From: Pseudomonadota bacterium
GTDB taxonomy: Bacteria > Pseudomonadota > Gammaproteobacteria > Poriferisulfidales > GCA-002705445
Assembly: GCA_036165695.1 (NCBI GenBank)
Contig: JAYZIH010000052.1
Coordinates: forward strand, 1 to 42,027
Length of the DNA: 42,027 bases
Direction of reading: 5' to 3'
Shown: piece after piece, positions 41,347 through 42,027 of the stretch
Numbering within the stretch: position 1 is the stretch's first letter
Layout: every line of letters starts with the position of its first letter
Program-made: the position numbers and the translations under genes
Notes under the pieces: model-generated
Database searches by the model: none
The model's input: only the letters and a program-made list of their open reading frames with translations
Told to the model about the DNA's origin: nothing

Positions 41347-42027
41347 ATGTGCGGAATTGTTGCATCTGCATCTGATTCAAATATTGTCGGTATATTAATC
41401 GGTGGTTTAAAAAAGCTAGAGTACAGGGGCTATGACTCAGCTGGCATTGCAACTGTGCATGATGGGAAAATTACGAGAATTAGAAAGCAGGGAAAAGTCT
41501 CAGATTTGGAATCATCTATAAATGGCAACGATTCAGGAGTAATTGGTATAGCCCATACTCGTTGGGCAACTCACGGCAAACCTTCTGAAGGGAATGCTCA
41601 CCCACATATGTCGAATGACACAATTGCTATTGTACATAATGGTATTATTGAGAATTATAGAAGTTTAAAAGAAAAATTTTTCCCTGATAGTTTTGATTTA
41701 GATTCACAAACAGATTCAGAAATTATTGCTCATCTAATAAATCATTTCTTTGAACAAGAAAAAACAATGCTTCAAGCTGTTCAAAAAACTATTGAGGTTG
41801 TTGAGGGATCATATGCTCTCGCTATCTTAAATAAAAATGTGGATGATCAGATTCTTTTTGCAAGAAAAGGCAGTCCTTTAATTATTGGTGTTGGCCAGAA
41901 TGCTCATTATGTCGCATCTGACGTACAAGCATTAATTGAACATACAAATCAAATGATATATCTAGAGGATGGTGATTTTGGATTTATTTCTTCGGATAAT
42001 TATGAAATATATGATGTATCAAATAAA
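41347..42027 (+). CDS. glmS: Glutamine--fructose-6-phosphate aminotransferase, 3'-truncated by the window edge (first 227 codons)
   Basis: Open frame to the window end, so it is absent from the ORF track. MCGIVA... has the N-terminal nucleophile Cys, plus RGYDSAG and HTRWATHGKP. Starts 1 nt after the glmU stop. Confidence 0.95.
   Translation, partial: MCGIVASASDSNIVGILIGGLKKLEYRGYDSAGIATVHDGKITRIRKQGKVSDLESSINGNDSGVIGIAHTRWATHGKPSEGNAHPHMSNDTIAIVHNGIIENYRSLKEKFFPDSFDLDSQTDSEIIAHLINHFFEQEKTMLQAVQKTIEVVEGSYALAILNKNVDDQILFARKGSPLIIGVGQNAHYVASDVQALIEHTNQMIYLEDGDFGFISSDNYEIYDVSNK

Overview
This 42-kb window is AT-rich (roughly one-third G+C by eye) and very tightly packed. Its gene content and order match the replication-origin-proximal chromosome of a Gammaproteobacterium. 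The low GC and many overlapping genes suggest a streamlined, possibly marine, lineage, but that is inference.

Left to right:
- fmt (5'-truncated), trkA, trkH
- an LpxL-family lipid A acyltransferase (-)
- hisB-hisH-hisA-hisF-hisE, tatA-tatB-tatC, gpmI
- a non-housekeeping envelope cluster at about 10.4-14.9 kb: an exported acidic protein, a highly expressed porin with terminator, a 430-bp non-coding spacer, two Cys-rich lipoproteins and an orphan small ParA/ParF-like ATPase
- xthA, prlC, gyrB, recF, dnaN, dnaA, all on the minus strand
- a 195-bp dnaA/rpmH divergent region with two perfect inverted DnaA boxes
- rpmH-rnpA-yidD-yidC-mnmE-mnmG-rsmG-parA-parB
- a convergent Trp-rich exported hypothetical protein
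- atpIBEFHAGDC, glmU and glmS (3'-truncated)

I found no rRNA or tRNA genes, CRISPR arrays, transposases, integrases, phage genes or recognisable defence or toxin-antitoxin modules. Two parS-type palindromes lie inside recF.

I see no compelling evidence for a large novel multi-gene system. The best candidates for undescribed biology are:
- the tandem lipoproteins that share an exactly spaced 4-Cys module
- the orphan ParA-like ATPase beside them
- the relatively GC-rich non-coding core upstream of the porin
- the Trp-rich exported protein between parB and atpI

All functional calls come from reading motifs by eye. No database search was run.
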